DNA of 64,000 nucleotides from a virus: IMG/VR virus record IMGVR_UViG_3300032213_003338, positions 32,001 to 96,000 of that record. One strand, given 5' to 3'. Below are positions 9,711-18,855 of the stretch, piece after piece. How positions within the stretch are numbered: position 1 is the first letter of the stretch; every line of letters begins with the position of its first letter. The notes beneath the pieces were generated by a model, which saw only the letters and a program-made list of their open reading frames with translations, was not told the origin of the DNA and did no database searches. The position numbers were made by a program, and so were the translations under genes.

Positions 9711-10709
9711 ATGAGCAACGAATGCCACAAGATTGACATGACGACCGGCAAGGCTGCTATGTTCTCTTCTCGCGGAATGGTTCCGTGGCACGGTCTTGGG
9801 ACTGTGATCCAGGAAGACGCAGCAACTTCAGCAGACGCCATCAAGTATGCTGGTCTTGATTACTCTCTGTTCAAGACCAATCTCTGGACGATTGATGGTG
9901 ATGGTAACAAGATTGATGTTCCAGAAAACTTTGCTGTTGTTCGCGGAGACACCAATGCTGTTCTTGGTGTTGTCGGCAAGAACTACAAGATTTTCCAGAA
10001 CAGCGAAGCCTTTGAGTTCTTTGACAGCGTTGTCGGTGAAAAGCTTGCTATTTACGAAACAGCAGGTGCTATTCACGGAGGCAAGATTGTTTGGATTCTT
10101 GCCAAGCTTCCTGCTGAGCTGCGAGTTGCCAAGACTGACGATGCGACCAACGCATACGTCATGCTTGCGACATCTCACGATGGAAGCATGAGCGTTACGA
10201 TGATGCCAACGCTTGTTCGTGTCGTTTGCAATAACACATTCACGCTCGCTATCAACGGCTTCTCAATTGAGCGCGGCATCAAGATGCGCCACACGAAGAA
10301 TATGTCAACGAAGATTGACATTGCTCGTGAGCGTCTTGGTGTTGTCAATTCTCAGGTTGAGGAGTACAATGAGCAGATGAACGCTCTTGCAAAGCGCAAG
10401 ATCAACAAGACTGAACTCAAGTCCTATATTGAGTCTCTTTTCCCTGATAACGAAAACGCAAAGAACAATACTCGCACTGAAAACATGCGCGATCAGATTT
10501 ACGAAAACTGGGCGGAAACGGAATTTGCTCAGATTGAAGGTACTGCTTGGGCTGCATTCAATGCGGTGACTAAGTTTGTTGATCACCAGCGCAGCACGAA
10601 GGGTACTGATGACGCTGATCGCGCAAACAACAGGATGTACAGCGTCCTGATGTCTTCTGGTGCTGTTAAGAAGCGCGAAGCCTTTAATTCTGCCCTGGCT
10701 CTTGTCTAA
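9711..10709 (+). CDS. DUF932 (phage/plasmid TIGR03299-like) protein
   Basis: PWHGLG, ETAG, SHDGS, RVVCNNT, GTAWAAFNAVT. Confidence 0.85.
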   Translation: MSNECHKIDMTTGKAAMFSSRGMVPWHGLGTVIQEDAATSADAIKYAGLDYSLFKTNLWTIDGDGNKIDVPENFAVVRGDTNAVLGVVGKNYKIFQNSEAFEFFDSVVGEKLAIYETAGAIHGGKIVWILAKLPAELRVAKTDDATNAYVMLATSHDGSMSVTMMPTLVRVVCNNTFTLAINGFSIERGIKMRHTKNMSTKIDIARERLGVVNSQVEEYNEQMNALAKRKINKTELKSYIESLFPDNENAKNNTRTENMRDQIYENWAETEFAQIEGTAWAAFNAVTKFVDHQRSTKGTDDADRANNRMYSVLMSSGAVKKREAFNSALALV

Positions 10710-10719
10710 ATAAAGTAAT

Positions 10720-10746
10720 GGGGGCCGGGTGCGTTGCCCGGTCCCC
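10720..10746 (+). terminator. GC-rich hairpin after DUF932 gene
   Basis: GGGGGCCGGGT-GCGTT-GCCCGGTCCCC; no U-tract on + strand. Confidence 0.45.
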
Positions 10747-10770
10747 AAAACTCCTCAAAAGGATCTACCA

Positions 10771-10962
10771 ATGAAGCTCATTATTGAAAAAACAAACAAT
10801 TGCTATTATGCCTACACCGAAGATCAGCACCATCACGATACTGTTGAGTCTGGTCGAAGCGCAGAAAGTGTGAGGATGAAGCAGTCTTGGCTTGAAGAAA
10901 GCTGCGATCTTGCCGATATGCCAGAAGGCTCTTATATCGTTTTTGATATTAAGGAAGCTTGA
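10771..10962 (+). CDS. hypothetical protein
   Basis: AAAGGA SD. Confidence 0.55.
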   Translation: MKLIIEKTNNCYYAYTEDQHHHDTVESGRSAESVRMKQSWLEESCDLADMPEGSYIVFDIKEA

Positions 10963-10963
10963 T

Positions 10964-11374
10964 ATGAAGAAAGATATCGCAAAGAAGTGGACTAAAGAAC
11001 TTAGGTCCGGAAGATGGGAGCAGGGACGAGACGCTCTGTGTTCTGTTGAAGGCGATGGTACTATGTGCTATTGCTGCCTTGGTGTCTTGACTGAGCTTTA
11101 TAATCTAAATCAAAAGAGGTCAAGAAAGAAGACACTTATCACAGAAAACATTGAAGAGCGCGCCTTTGATGGAAAAAATGTTGTTTCATACAACGGCCAA
11201 GACGAGGTTCTTCCGGATGAGGTTATGAGGTGGGCCGGAATGTCTACCGAAAACGGTAGTCTGCTTGACTGTGATCTTGATGTTGATTACGAACATCTTG
11301 CAGACATGAATGACTCTGGCAAATCTTTTAAGTATATTGCTAGTATCATCGACCAGCATTACGAAAATCTATAA
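10964..11374 (+). CDS. conserved phage protein (W..LRSG...CCLGVL...NDSG.SF..IA)
   Basis: recognisable phage family motifs. Confidence 0.7.
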   Translation: MKKDIAKKWTKELRSGRWEQGRDALCSVEGDGTMCYCCLGVLTELYNLNQKRSRKKTLITENIEERAFDGKNVVSYNGQDEVLPDEVMRWAGMSTENGSLLDCDLDVDYEHLADMNDSGKSFKYIASIIDQHYENL

Positions 11375-11412
11375 AAACTACTTAGTCGTAAGAAATTACG
11401 CAAGGAAGACCA

Positions 11413-11634
11413 GTGCCTTACCACAAGTTTAGAATTAATGCGGTTGACATGGATGGTTTTTGCGTAACAGTAACAAAAGAGATTCCAGAATTTAACCTAA
11501 GTGTCGTTCCTGGGCATGACGAATTTTGGGTTTTGTTTAATGGGACAAAAGACGAGGCAAAGAAACTCAAGATGTTGATTGAAGAACGTGTTTGTCCAAT
11601 TGAAAAAGCATCATATTCAAGAAGTCTTGGATAA
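11413..11634 (+). CDS. hypothetical protein
   Basis: AAGGA SD, GTG start. Confidence 0.55.
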   Translation: MPYHKFRINAVDMDGFCVTVTKEIPEFNLSVVPGHDEFWVLFNGTKDEAKKLKMLIEERVCPIEKASYSRSLG

Positions 11635-11682
11635 AAAACTATAATTGGTCTGGTTAGGGATAAAACCCTAGCCAGATTTTTC

Positions 11683-11874
11683 ATGAAAAACCAAAAATAC
11701 CCAACTTGGTTTGTTGTTTACAGGAAAGTAAGCAAGAAAAAAGAAGCAGTATACTGTGAAATGGTCCTTGATGACAAAGGACTGAAGAAAGCGATAGCAG
11801 CAGCAACTAGGGATTTTCCAGAAAAAGAATACTTTGTTGAGCTTCAGAAAAAAGAACCTTTTATGGGGTGGTAA
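11683..11874 (+). CDS. hypothetical protein
   Basis: ORF in gene run. Confidence 0.55.
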   Translation: MKNQKYPTWFVVYRKVSKKKEAVYCEMVLDDKGLKKAIAAATRDFPEKEYFVELQKKEPFMGW

Positions 11875-12069
11875 ATGCCTTCTAGAAAAACAATTGAAGT
11901 GCCAGTGGACTTTTTAAAGTTTGTTGCGTCTCTCAGTGAATCAATCTATGTTGATGATGTTGACGCTGCTGCAGCAATCGGATTCAAGTACCTGAAAAAG
12001 AATAAGATTAAGCCGTACTCAAATTTCCAAACTTTTGATAGTTACAACGAAAGGCACGAAAATGAGTGA
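11875..12069 (+). CDS. hypothetical protein
   Basis: abutting start. Confidence 0.5.
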   Translation: MPSRKTIEVPVDFLKFVASLSESIYVDDVDAAAAIGFKYLKKNKIKPYSNFQTFDSYNERHENE

Positions 12070-12340
12070 TGACAACACAATTGATCTTCGCAAGTTTAAT
12101 AATAATCTAGCAGACCCAAACTACGTACTTAACAAAATTACTAGTCTTGAAAAGAGGATCAGGGTGATGCGTGAACTTTTGTGGGAGTGGAATCCCTCAG
12201 CAGTTCCTGTTTGGGAGCATTACAAACTTCAAAATGCTGGAGAGACTAGCGAAGACTATAACTTTATTAATGAAGACCCGGACTTCATAGACGAATATAA
12301 GCCATATGAGCCACCAGATGTTGAATACCCTGAATTCTGA
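12062..12340 (+). CDS. hypothetical protein
   Basis: coupled ATG at 12062. Confidence 0.55.
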   Translation: MSDDNTIDLRKFNNNLADPNYVLNKITSLEKRIRVMRELLWEWNPSAVPVWEHYKLQNAGETSEDYNFINEDPDFIDEYKPYEPPDVEYPEF

Positions 12341-12392
12341 CGACAAAAACCGCGACAAAACCGCGAAAGGATCGCTACTTCTTGATTCGGCA

Positions 12393-12791
12393 ATGATCAG
12401 AAGGCTGAATAAGTGCGTTGACCTCTCAATGTCTCTGATTGAAGACATCGACTCTGACTCAAAGCATGTTTCATTTGTTCTTAGGCGCAGCAAGATCATT
12501 GCTCTTGGCGTCAACAGAAGTATGCAGACACACCCTCTTGCGCTGAAGCTAAACTGCAGGTTTGGCACAATGCACTCGGAGCTTTCTGCTATTCTCAAGG
12601 CTAAGAAGTCAAACGAGTTTTACAATGCTACACTTGTGAACGTAAGACTTAGCTCTTCTTCACTAACAGAAAGGACGCCGATACTTAGAAACTCAAAACC
12701 TTGCAAGTCTTGCCAAAGACTTATCCTGGCTTGTCCTGAAATAAAGAAGGTCATTTACAGCACCGACAATGGATGGTACGAATATGCTTAA
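12393..12791 (+). CDS. cytidine/dCMP deaminase-like Zn enzyme
   Basis: HSE and SKPCKSC motifs, KKVIYST; start uncertain (12306 possible). Confidence 0.75.
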   Translation: MIRRLNKCVDLSMSLIEDIDSDSKHVSFVLRRSKIIALGVNRSMQTHPLALKLNCRFGTMHSELSAILKAKKSNEFYNATLVNVRLSSSSLTERTPILRNSKPCKSCQRLILACPEIKKVIYSTDNGWYEYA

Positions 12792-13020
12792 TGCAGAACA
12801 ATCACTACAAATTGATTACTTTGGTGACGGTAAATATGTTCTTATGGTTGGCGAGCCGTTTTCAGGAAGTGATAGCCATTATTTTTCTTCAGTGCAAGAA
12901 ATCTTTGAATGGGTAATGAAGAACTACGGAGACACTCCAGTCGAGATGAGTCAGGTTGCGCATCTTGTTCTAACTATTGAACTTGGAGTTGGCCATGACA
13001 CTAACTTCAGCGGTGATTAA
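12784..13020 (+). CDS. hypothetical protein
   Basis: coupled ORF. Confidence 0.5.
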   Translation: MLNAEQSLQIDYFGDGKYVLMVGEPFSGSDSHYFSSVQEIFEWVMKNYGDTPVEMSQVAHLVLTIELGVGHDTNFSGD

Positions 13021-13411
13021 CAACGCAATCCCACAAGATGAACCAGTTTTTATCTACAGAAATCTACATCGAAAGTGCTTCTCTATAAGAAAAGAAAGCA
13101 CAAAAAGGATCGTTGGATACGATACTAGTAATTTTGCAATAAACGCAGCTCAGTTTAAGGTATCCCAGGCTGGAAGAAGACGCGTTCTTCGCTCTGGACA
13201 AAAGAACGTACACGCTGGTATTCGCGGTTATTTTGAAAAGCTCCCCATCGGATTTGCCCTCCCAGAAGATGTCGTAAAAATAACTTACGATCCATATATT
13301 AGCTCAGGTTTCCATATTTCTGGAAACCCAAGTGGGCTTGTGCTCAAGGGCGCAAGCGTTGTATACTTTACGCAATACGGACTTTACACGAGGAAAGCCA
13401 ATGTTTATTAA
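12995..13411 (+). CDS. conserved phage protein (YRNLH...FKVSQAGR.RVLR..KNVHA)
   Basis: recognisable phage family motifs. Confidence 0.75.
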   Translation: MTLTSAVINNAIPQDEPVFIYRNLHRKCFSIRKESTKRIVGYDTSNFAINAAQFKVSQAGRRRVLRSGQKNVHAGIRGYFEKLPIGFALPEDVVKITYDPYISSGFHISGNPSGLVLKGASVVYFTQYGLYTRKANVY

Positions 13412-13481
13412 GACAATCGCCGCTCTGACAAGTTTAGTATTGGTAGGCTCAGGCCCACAATATAACGGTGTATACAAAAGC

Positions 13482-14462
13482 ATGAGCACTCATAGGGCCT
13501 GTTGCTGCAACAACATTGGAATACTGACAGACTCCACAAATTTTGAGGGGTCTATCACAGAACCATGCAAAACAGACTTTGAAAAGATGTACGAGGGCAA
13601 GGCTAATGTTATTCGTGTTGATAGCATTGAGACCTTAAACTCTTGCTCTGTTGTTTTCTTTGGTCTAGTAAGGCTCAGGGGCGCTTCAACACAAACAGCA
13701 TCACTTTATCCAAGCTATGATAACCACCTTGGTACAGGAAGTTCTGCTGCACTAAATGCAAAGCTTAACGAATACGTTAAAAATGGTGGAAAGGTCGTAG
13801 CTATTGGAGACACAGTAGGCAGATCCAGCGCCACCGTGCCTAACGGCACAGTCGAAGCAAATCTTAATACAATGAATGCCACCTTTACGGCTTTTAGAGG
13901 TGGTGTCTCAACTGGTCTTACAATTCTACCAGACGTATCTACTGCAAATCTTACATCCTGCACACAAGCAGGACTTGGTTGTTCTTGCGCATCAACACAA
14001 ATTAGCAGATACTGGACAGGAAGGGTGTCAGTACCATCAGGCGATCCTGACGGTGAAATTTTTAAATCTTCTGAAGACGTAAGCGAGCACTGGATATCCG
14101 CATTCGGTGTTGGTCATTCGTCTGGCGGCATTTCACTAACTTCTGATATTTCAGCATCATTCTTAAGTCTATCACCAAATACCTGCTCTTCTACATCTGC
14201 AACACTGAGACCGTTCGCTTACGAGAAAATCGAAAAAGGATACATTATCTATCTTGGCGATAGAAATATGTTTGCTTGGCAGAGAACGCTTGAAGCTCCA
14301 ACTGGTCTAACGCCAGCGCTTGCTCCATGCGGAGTTTCTAACAGCACTTTCCCAACAACAATCAATTGTTTTACTGGTCCTTCAGGCTATACAGGCCTAA
14401 ATGTTTACGAAGCAAATAAATTTTTCCTTTGGTCATTGCTAAAGGCTTGCTCTAGTTGCTAA
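13482..14462 (+). CDS. Cys/Ser/Thr-rich putative virion protein (MSTHRACCC start)
   Basis: GTGTAT at 13468, 8 nt upstream, supports this start. Confidence 0.6.
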   Translation: MSTHRACCCNNIGILTDSTNFEGSITEPCKTDFEKMYEGKANVIRVDSIETLNSCSVVFFGLVRLRGASTQTASLYPSYDNHLGTGSSAALNAKLNEYVKNGGKVVAIGDTVGRSSATVPNGTVEANLNTMNATFTAFRGGVSTGLTILPDVSTANLTSCTQAGLGCSCASTQISRYWTGRVSVPSGDPDGEIFKSSEDVSEHWISAFGVGHSSGGISLTSDISASFLSLSPNTCSSTSATLRPFAYEKIEKGYIIYLGDRNMFAWQRTLEAPTGLTPALAPCGVSNSTFPTTINCFTGPSGYTGLNVYEANKFFLWSLLKACSSC

Positions 14463-14473
14463 AATAAATCATC

Positions 14474-14986
14474 ATGTCAGATGATACAAAGTTCAGCATT
14501 GCCAAAGCAACACAGCTTCTACAGTCATTTTCTGGACTGATGAAAAACGGCTGTGTTTCGCTTCAGGTTTATCAAGACCGAAGAAAGGCATGCGAAACAT
14601 GTGATCAAGTTCAAAAAAGACCGCGTGATGGCAAGATGTTCTGTGGCTCTTGTGGTTGCGGAACAAGAGATTTGGCGGCGTTGTTTGATCCAACTATAGA
14701 GCTTGAAAAAGATTACAGTCCCAGACTGTGGATGCCAAAGTCTAATTGCCCAAAAAACCTTCACAAAGATGAAGAAGGCACTGGTAACTACGCCCCAATT
14801 GGTGGAAAAATAAAACAACTTGTAGCATTTACAAAGGCGACCCTGGCTGAAGCTGCTGGTGTTTCTAATCCAGACGAGCAAACAGAGATGGTAAACGCAA
14901 CTGCACAAGCAGTAAAAGACGTAGTATCATCAGAAGAAGAGATAGACGAACTAACAAAGGAGATGGAAAATGATCAAGCCTCTTAA
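14474..14986 (+). CDS. Cys-cluster protein (R..CxxC...CxxCGC...CP)
   Basis: Zn-binding-like Cys pattern. Confidence 0.6.
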   Translation: MSDDTKFSIAKATQLLQSFSGLMKNGCVSLQVYQDRRKACETCDQVQKRPRDGKMFCGSCGCGTRDLAALFDPTIELEKDYSPRLWMPKSNCPKNLHKDEEGTGNYAPIGGKIKQLVAFTKATLAEAAGVSNPDEQTEMVNATAQAVKDVVSSEEEIDELTKEMENDQAS

Positions 14987-15167
14987 TAACGTAATGCAGC
15001 ATATAGCAACTTTTAATTTTGGTATTGGGTTTGGTAATAAGGTTTTTGCTTGCACTATTCAGGTATGGCCATTTGTTTGGGGTCTAAGCATATCTAAGTC
15101 AAGCGGCGTGTTTGAGACTCGTATTGGTCCAATTACAGTATCTTTTGTAACACAGCAAAATGTATAG
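14970..15167 (+). CDS. hypothetical protein
   Basis: AAGGAG SD. Confidence 0.5.
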   Translation: MIKPLNNVMQHIATFNFGIGFGNKVFACTIQVWPFVWGLSISKSSGVFETRIGPITVSFVTQQNV

Positions 15168-15414
15168 ACTTCACATTGATATTCCAATGCCATTCACTGA
15201 GAGCGACGCAAAGTCGCTTTCTTTGTCAATCATCCAGATGCTTGATAAGGAAACTATCAAGGCTATGGGCGTTGATCAAATTAACTATCGTCTTGGGCAT
15301 GACGAGGATCGGCAGAAGTCAAATTACTTTATGACTAATGCTAGCGGGCACGTAAACAACAAAAAGAGCAAGATTACGCTTCTTGATGAAGAAAGTCCTG
15401 AAGCAGATATCTAA
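15160..15414 (+). CDS. hypothetical protein
   Basis: coupled ORF. Confidence 0.55.
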   Translation: MYRLHIDIPMPFTESDAKSLSLSIIQMLDKETIKAMGVDQINYRLGHDEDRQKSNYFMTNASGHVNNKKSKITLLDEESPEADI

Positions 15415-15426
15415 AATAAAACACAA

Positions 15427-15522
15427 GCGCACTTAAGCAGCCAAAGATAAAAGGCCAGGCTTATATGGATTAAGGCTCCTAGGGCCGAGAATTGAGAAGA
15501 GGTGCAAGACCTTCGGTGCGCT
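15427..15522 (+). ncRNA. tRNA-like RNA (acceptor stem and T-arm, atypical core)
   Basis: GCGCACT/GGTGCGC 7-bp stem, GAGG-TGCAAGA-CCTT T-like arm; first in tRNA cluster. Confidence 0.4.
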
Positions 15523-15536
15523 TTAATAGTTACTTC

Positions 15537-15607
15537 GCGTAGTGGGCGGACAGCTTCGCAGGCCGACTTATAATCGGCTCAAACCAGGGCAGCACTGGGA
15601 CTACGCA
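15537..15607 (+). tRNA. atypical tRNA-Ile(UAU)
   Basis: GCGTAGT/ACTACGC acceptor, GCCGA-CTTATAA-TCGGC anticodon arm, non-canonical D and T loops. Confidence 0.65.
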
Positions 15608-15611
15608 TTAC

Positions 15612-15684
15612 GCCTCTATAGCTCAGATGGTAGAGCATTCGGCTTTTAACCGATAGGTCGTAGGTTCGATTCCTACTGGAGGCA
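15612..15684 (+). tRNA. tRNA-Lys(UUU)
   Basis: canonical cloverleaf, CTTTTAA loop, GGTTCGATTCC. Confidence 0.95.
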
Positions 15685-15686
15685 TT

Positions 15687-15926
15687 ATGAAAAAATGTAT
15701 TCTACTGTGTACAGTCATTGTTTGTTCTTGCTCAAACAACCAAGACGAACCAAATGCATACTATGACGAATACAGGCATCAGGTTGTTGTTGAAAACTCA
15801 GATGCTTACACTGTGCAAATGGGTTGGCTTGACAAAACTACATTCATCGACGTTGATGTTTGTTTGATGCCGCAAAACGAAGAGATTCATCTGTATGCAT
15901 CACACTCAATCGAAGACATCAAGTGA
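15687..15926 (+). CDS. putative lipoprotein
   Basis: MKK + hydrophobic stretch + CSC lipobox-like. Confidence 0.5.
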   Translation: MKKCILLCTVIVCSCSNNQDEPNAYYDEYRHQVVVENSDAYTVQMGWLDKTTFIDVDVCLMPQNEEIHLYASHSIEDIK

Positions 15927-16080
15927 AAGCTGGGGCCTTTGGTGCAAGACAATAAATGACTGGCTAATGGAAGACAGAAAGACAATTGCTTCTTGGCCGA
16001 GTGAAAAAGAGGCCGAGTCGTTTAGAAAAAATCATACAGTTCACAAAGATTCTTACGAAGCAAGGCTAATTAATGATTAG
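15895..16080 (+). CDS. hypothetical protein
   Basis: overlapping small ORF. Confidence 0.45.
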   Translation: MHHTQSKTSSESWGLWCKTINDWLMEDRKTIASWPSEKEAESFRKNHTVHKDSYEARLIND

Positions 16081-17005
16081 ACATCTTGGATACGCTTGCC
16101 AGTGTCTTGGTATTCAAAACACTATCGCAAAAAAGAAAGACAAGATATTTACAGACAGAACCCTCCGAATGGACGGGTTTTCTTTGTCTAGGGCGGGTGA
16201 TCTCGCATCTAAAAACGCAGCAGACCTCATCAAGATTCTAAAGTGGAACGAGCAAAACGAAATCAAGTTTTTTAGAATTGGCAGCGGAATGTTTCCATTT
16301 ATGGATCATCCGACTCTTGGCTGGACTCTTGATGATATTGACGTAAGGCACAAAGAATCAATCAAAAAGAGTATGAAAGAGGCTGGTGATTTTGCAAAAG
16401 AGAAAGGCATGCGACTCTCTTGTCATCCAGGACCTTATACATGCATTTGTTCTCCAAACCCAATGGTTGTTGCAAAAAGCGTAATGTGCCTTAATATGCA
16501 CAGCCTGATTGGTGACTTGCTTGGCTTTGGAAATGATTTTGCAATTAACATTCATGTGGGCGGTGTTTACGGAGACAAGACTTCTACATCATCTCGCTTT
16601 GTTGAAAACTTTGAATCTCTAGACGATAGATTAAAAAATAGAATCACTCTTGAGAACGACGACAAAGAAAGCATGTGGAGCATCTCAGAGCTTTATGAGA
16701 TGATTGCCTCTCGTTGCGATGTAAAGCTTGTTCTTGACATACATCATCACCGATTCTGTCAAAAAGAAACCCTCGTTGATGCTGCTCAAATGGCTTTCAG
16801 TACATGGGATGGCTTTTGCGAAATACCAAAAGTTCACTACTCCGAAAGCGCCACAGATAAAAGACCACAGGCTCATAGTAACTGGATTGCTTCGGAAATT
16901 CCAGTGCTCAGCGAAACAATTGAATACGATGTCATGCTTGAAACGAAGATGAAGGATGAGGCTCTTCTATCATACGTTAATCTGCAAAATGCAAATCATA
17001 GTTAA
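16073..17005 (+). CDS. uvsE: UV DNA damage endonuclease
   Basis: LGYAC, FFRI.S.MFP, RLSCHPG, NIHVGG.YGDK, LENDD, LDIHHH, PKVHYS, DVMLE.K.K. Confidence 0.9.
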   Translation: MIRHLGYACQCLGIQNTIAKKKDKIFTDRTLRMDGFSLSRAGDLASKNAADLIKILKWNEQNEIKFFRIGSGMFPFMDHPTLGWTLDDIDVRHKESIKKSMKEAGDFAKEKGMRLSCHPGPYTCICSPNPMVVAKSVMCLNMHSLIGDLLGFGNDFAINIHVGGVYGDKTSTSSRFVENFESLDDRLKNRITLENDDKESMWSISELYEMIASRCDVKLVLDIHHHRFCQKETLVDAAQMAFSTWDGFCEIPKVHYSESATDKRPQAHSNWIASEIPVLSETIEYDVMLETKMKDEALLSYVNLQNANHS

Positions 17006-17897
17006 AAATTGGACTTGCGGATTTTTCTCAGATCAAATGAAAGATTTGTACTTGTGGCTTGGTAATGGCTGTCTGACAAATAAACCACAAGTTTGCAATA
17101 AGCTTGACCAGTATCTATCATTAATACCAGGAATAACAAAGCCATCGTATTATGAATGCAAAACAAAGTATGATAGACCTGAAAACTCAAAAGCAACTGT
17201 CACATTTAGTGGTGGCAAAGATAGCGTTGCATCATGTTTGATACTAAAAGAGCTTGGATACGATGTAAGCGCTTTTTTATTTTCAGGAATAAATAGATCG
17301 CACCATCTTGAGCCTAATGCAGCAAGAGCCTCAGCTAAACTTATTGGGGTAAATCTTTATGAGGCGTCTGCATCATTCGTTGGAAAACATGCGTACTCTG
17401 AAAGCCCAATTAAAAACCAGCTTATTCTTGCCTCTGCTATTGATCTAATTTCAGACTGTTCAATTTTCTCATGTGGTAACACGAAAGAAGATGTAATTGA
17501 GAAAATGAAGATCAGTTTTAATTGGTCTGATTCCATTGAAATGTACGACGCATTTAATTTGTTTGTAAAAGATGTGATTGACTCATATAGATTTCTTATA
17601 GTTTTAGATAACGATAATCACGCAATTGATTATCTTTGCTCAAAAAATGAAGAAGCCCTAGTTGAGTCTATGTCTTGTATGCTTCCACATAGATTTTTTA
17701 AATCAATAAGAGGTAAGAATGAATCCAAATATGGAATATCTCTTATGAAAAACAGGTGCGGGTCTTGCGAAAAATGTTGCCACGAATACATCTATTTGTG
17801 CAATAAAGGATTTCATAAAAAAAATACCGGATTTTATGAACACTGCTTTTCTTTTCTAAAAGAAAGAGGAGATCTTGTTAATGTACCAAACATCTGA
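16989..17897 (+). CDS. QueC-like PP-loop ATPase with C-terminal Zn site
   Basis: FSGGKDS PP-loop; SC...CGSCEKC. Confidence 0.65.
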   Translation: MQIIVKNWTCGFFSDQMKDLYLWLGNGCLTNKPQVCNKLDQYLSLIPGITKPSYYECKTKYDRPENSKATVTFSGGKDSVASCLILKELGYDVSAFLFSGINRSHHLEPNAARASAKLIGVNLYEASASFVGKHAYSESPIKNQLILASAIDLISDCSIFSCGNTKEDVIEKMKISFNWSDSIEMYDAFNLFVKDVIDSYRFLIVLDNDNHAIDYLCSKNEEALVESMSCMLPHRFFKSIRGKNESKYGISLMKNRCGSCEKCCHEYIYLCNKGFHKKNTGFYEHCFSFLKERGDLVNVPNI

Positions 17898-18444
17898 ATC
17901 TATAGACAAAAGAAATCTAATAGATCACTACAGGTACTGGACGCATGAAGCAATAATGACAGACCTTGACACAAGAAGGAATAACTTCAGTGTCCTGTGC
18001 TGCAATCTTGCGAACGACTTTAATATTGCTACAGTTGTACGAAACTCAAATGCCTTCCTTGCCGAAAAAGTTTTTATCTACGGAAACAAGAGATACGACA
18101 GACGAGGAACTGTTGGTACTCATCTGTATACTCATTTTAATCATGTAGCAAAAATTGACGACCTTAAAAAGACAATAGACATGCTTGGTAAGGACAAGAA
18201 GCATATCAGAATTGTCGGTGTTGACAATGTAGCTAATGCTCGCCCAGTAAACAAATACCAGTGGCCCAAGAACGAACACGTTATCATGGTGTTTGGTCAA
18301 GAACAAATAGGTATTGACAAAGAAGTTCTTGAAATGTGCCACGACTTGGTCTATATTGAGCAGTACGGATCAGTAAGAAGCATAAATGTCGGCACGGCAA
18401 GCGGAATTGCCATGTACGACTATTGCTCAAAAATAGTAACATGA
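17881..18444 (+). CDS. SpoU/TrmH-family RNA 2'-O-methyltransferase
   Basis: DFNIATVVRNSNAF, FGQE..G, GSVRSINVGTASGIAMY SPOUT motifs. Confidence 0.9.
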   Translation: MYQTSESIDKRNLIDHYRYWTHEAIMTDLDTRRNNFSVLCCNLANDFNIATVVRNSNAFLAEKVFIYGNKRYDRRGTVGTHLYTHFNHVAKIDDLKKTIDMLGKDKKHIRIVGVDNVANARPVNKYQWPKNEHVIMVFGQEQIGIDKEVLEMCHDLVYIEQYGSVRSINVGTASGIAMYDYCSKIVT

Positions 18445-18465
18445 ATCTATAAATCACAGGCACAT

Positions 18466-18538
18466 GGGGTCGTAGACCAACGGCAGAGTCAATTGACTCA
18501 AAATCAATAAAGTGTGGGTTCGAATCCCACCGGCCCTA
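18466..18538 (+). tRNA. tRNA-Leu(CAA) with short variable loop
   Basis: ATTGA-CTCAAAA-TCAAT anticodon arm, GGGTTCGAATCCC. Confidence 0.9.
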
Positions 18539-18541
18539 TTT

Positions 18542-18745
18542 ATGAAAAAATTCACTGAAGATAATTATCCGGCGTGGATTTGTAATGACTGCGCGAAGGA
18601 AATGAATGCCCAAAAAGCAATACGAGTATCAACATACCATACAGGAATATGTGGATTTTGTAACAAAGAAAAAGGAGTTACAGAACCACGAGATTGGGGA
18701 TACCCAAACTACCCAAAGAAAAAAGACAAAAACAGAAATAGTTGA
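18542..18745 (+). CDS. small Zn-finger protein
   Basis: CNDC...CGFC. Confidence 0.55.
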   Translation: MKKFTEDNYPAWICNDCAKEMNAQKAIRVSTYHTGICGFCNKEKGVTEPRDWGYPNYPKKKDKNRNS

Positions 18746-18855
18746 ATACATCGTTGGTTACATTGCTATAATTATCACATTACTATTTGTAATAATTCCA
18801 ATGCTGCTTGTTGCTGCTGCGGTTATTGCTGCTGGTTTTAAATTCTCAAAATAAC

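Noticed and set aside
12346-12370. AAAACCGCGA tandem copies (also near 1920) as an early promoter or operator
   Set aside because: Only three copies with inconsistent spacing to starts; insufficient support
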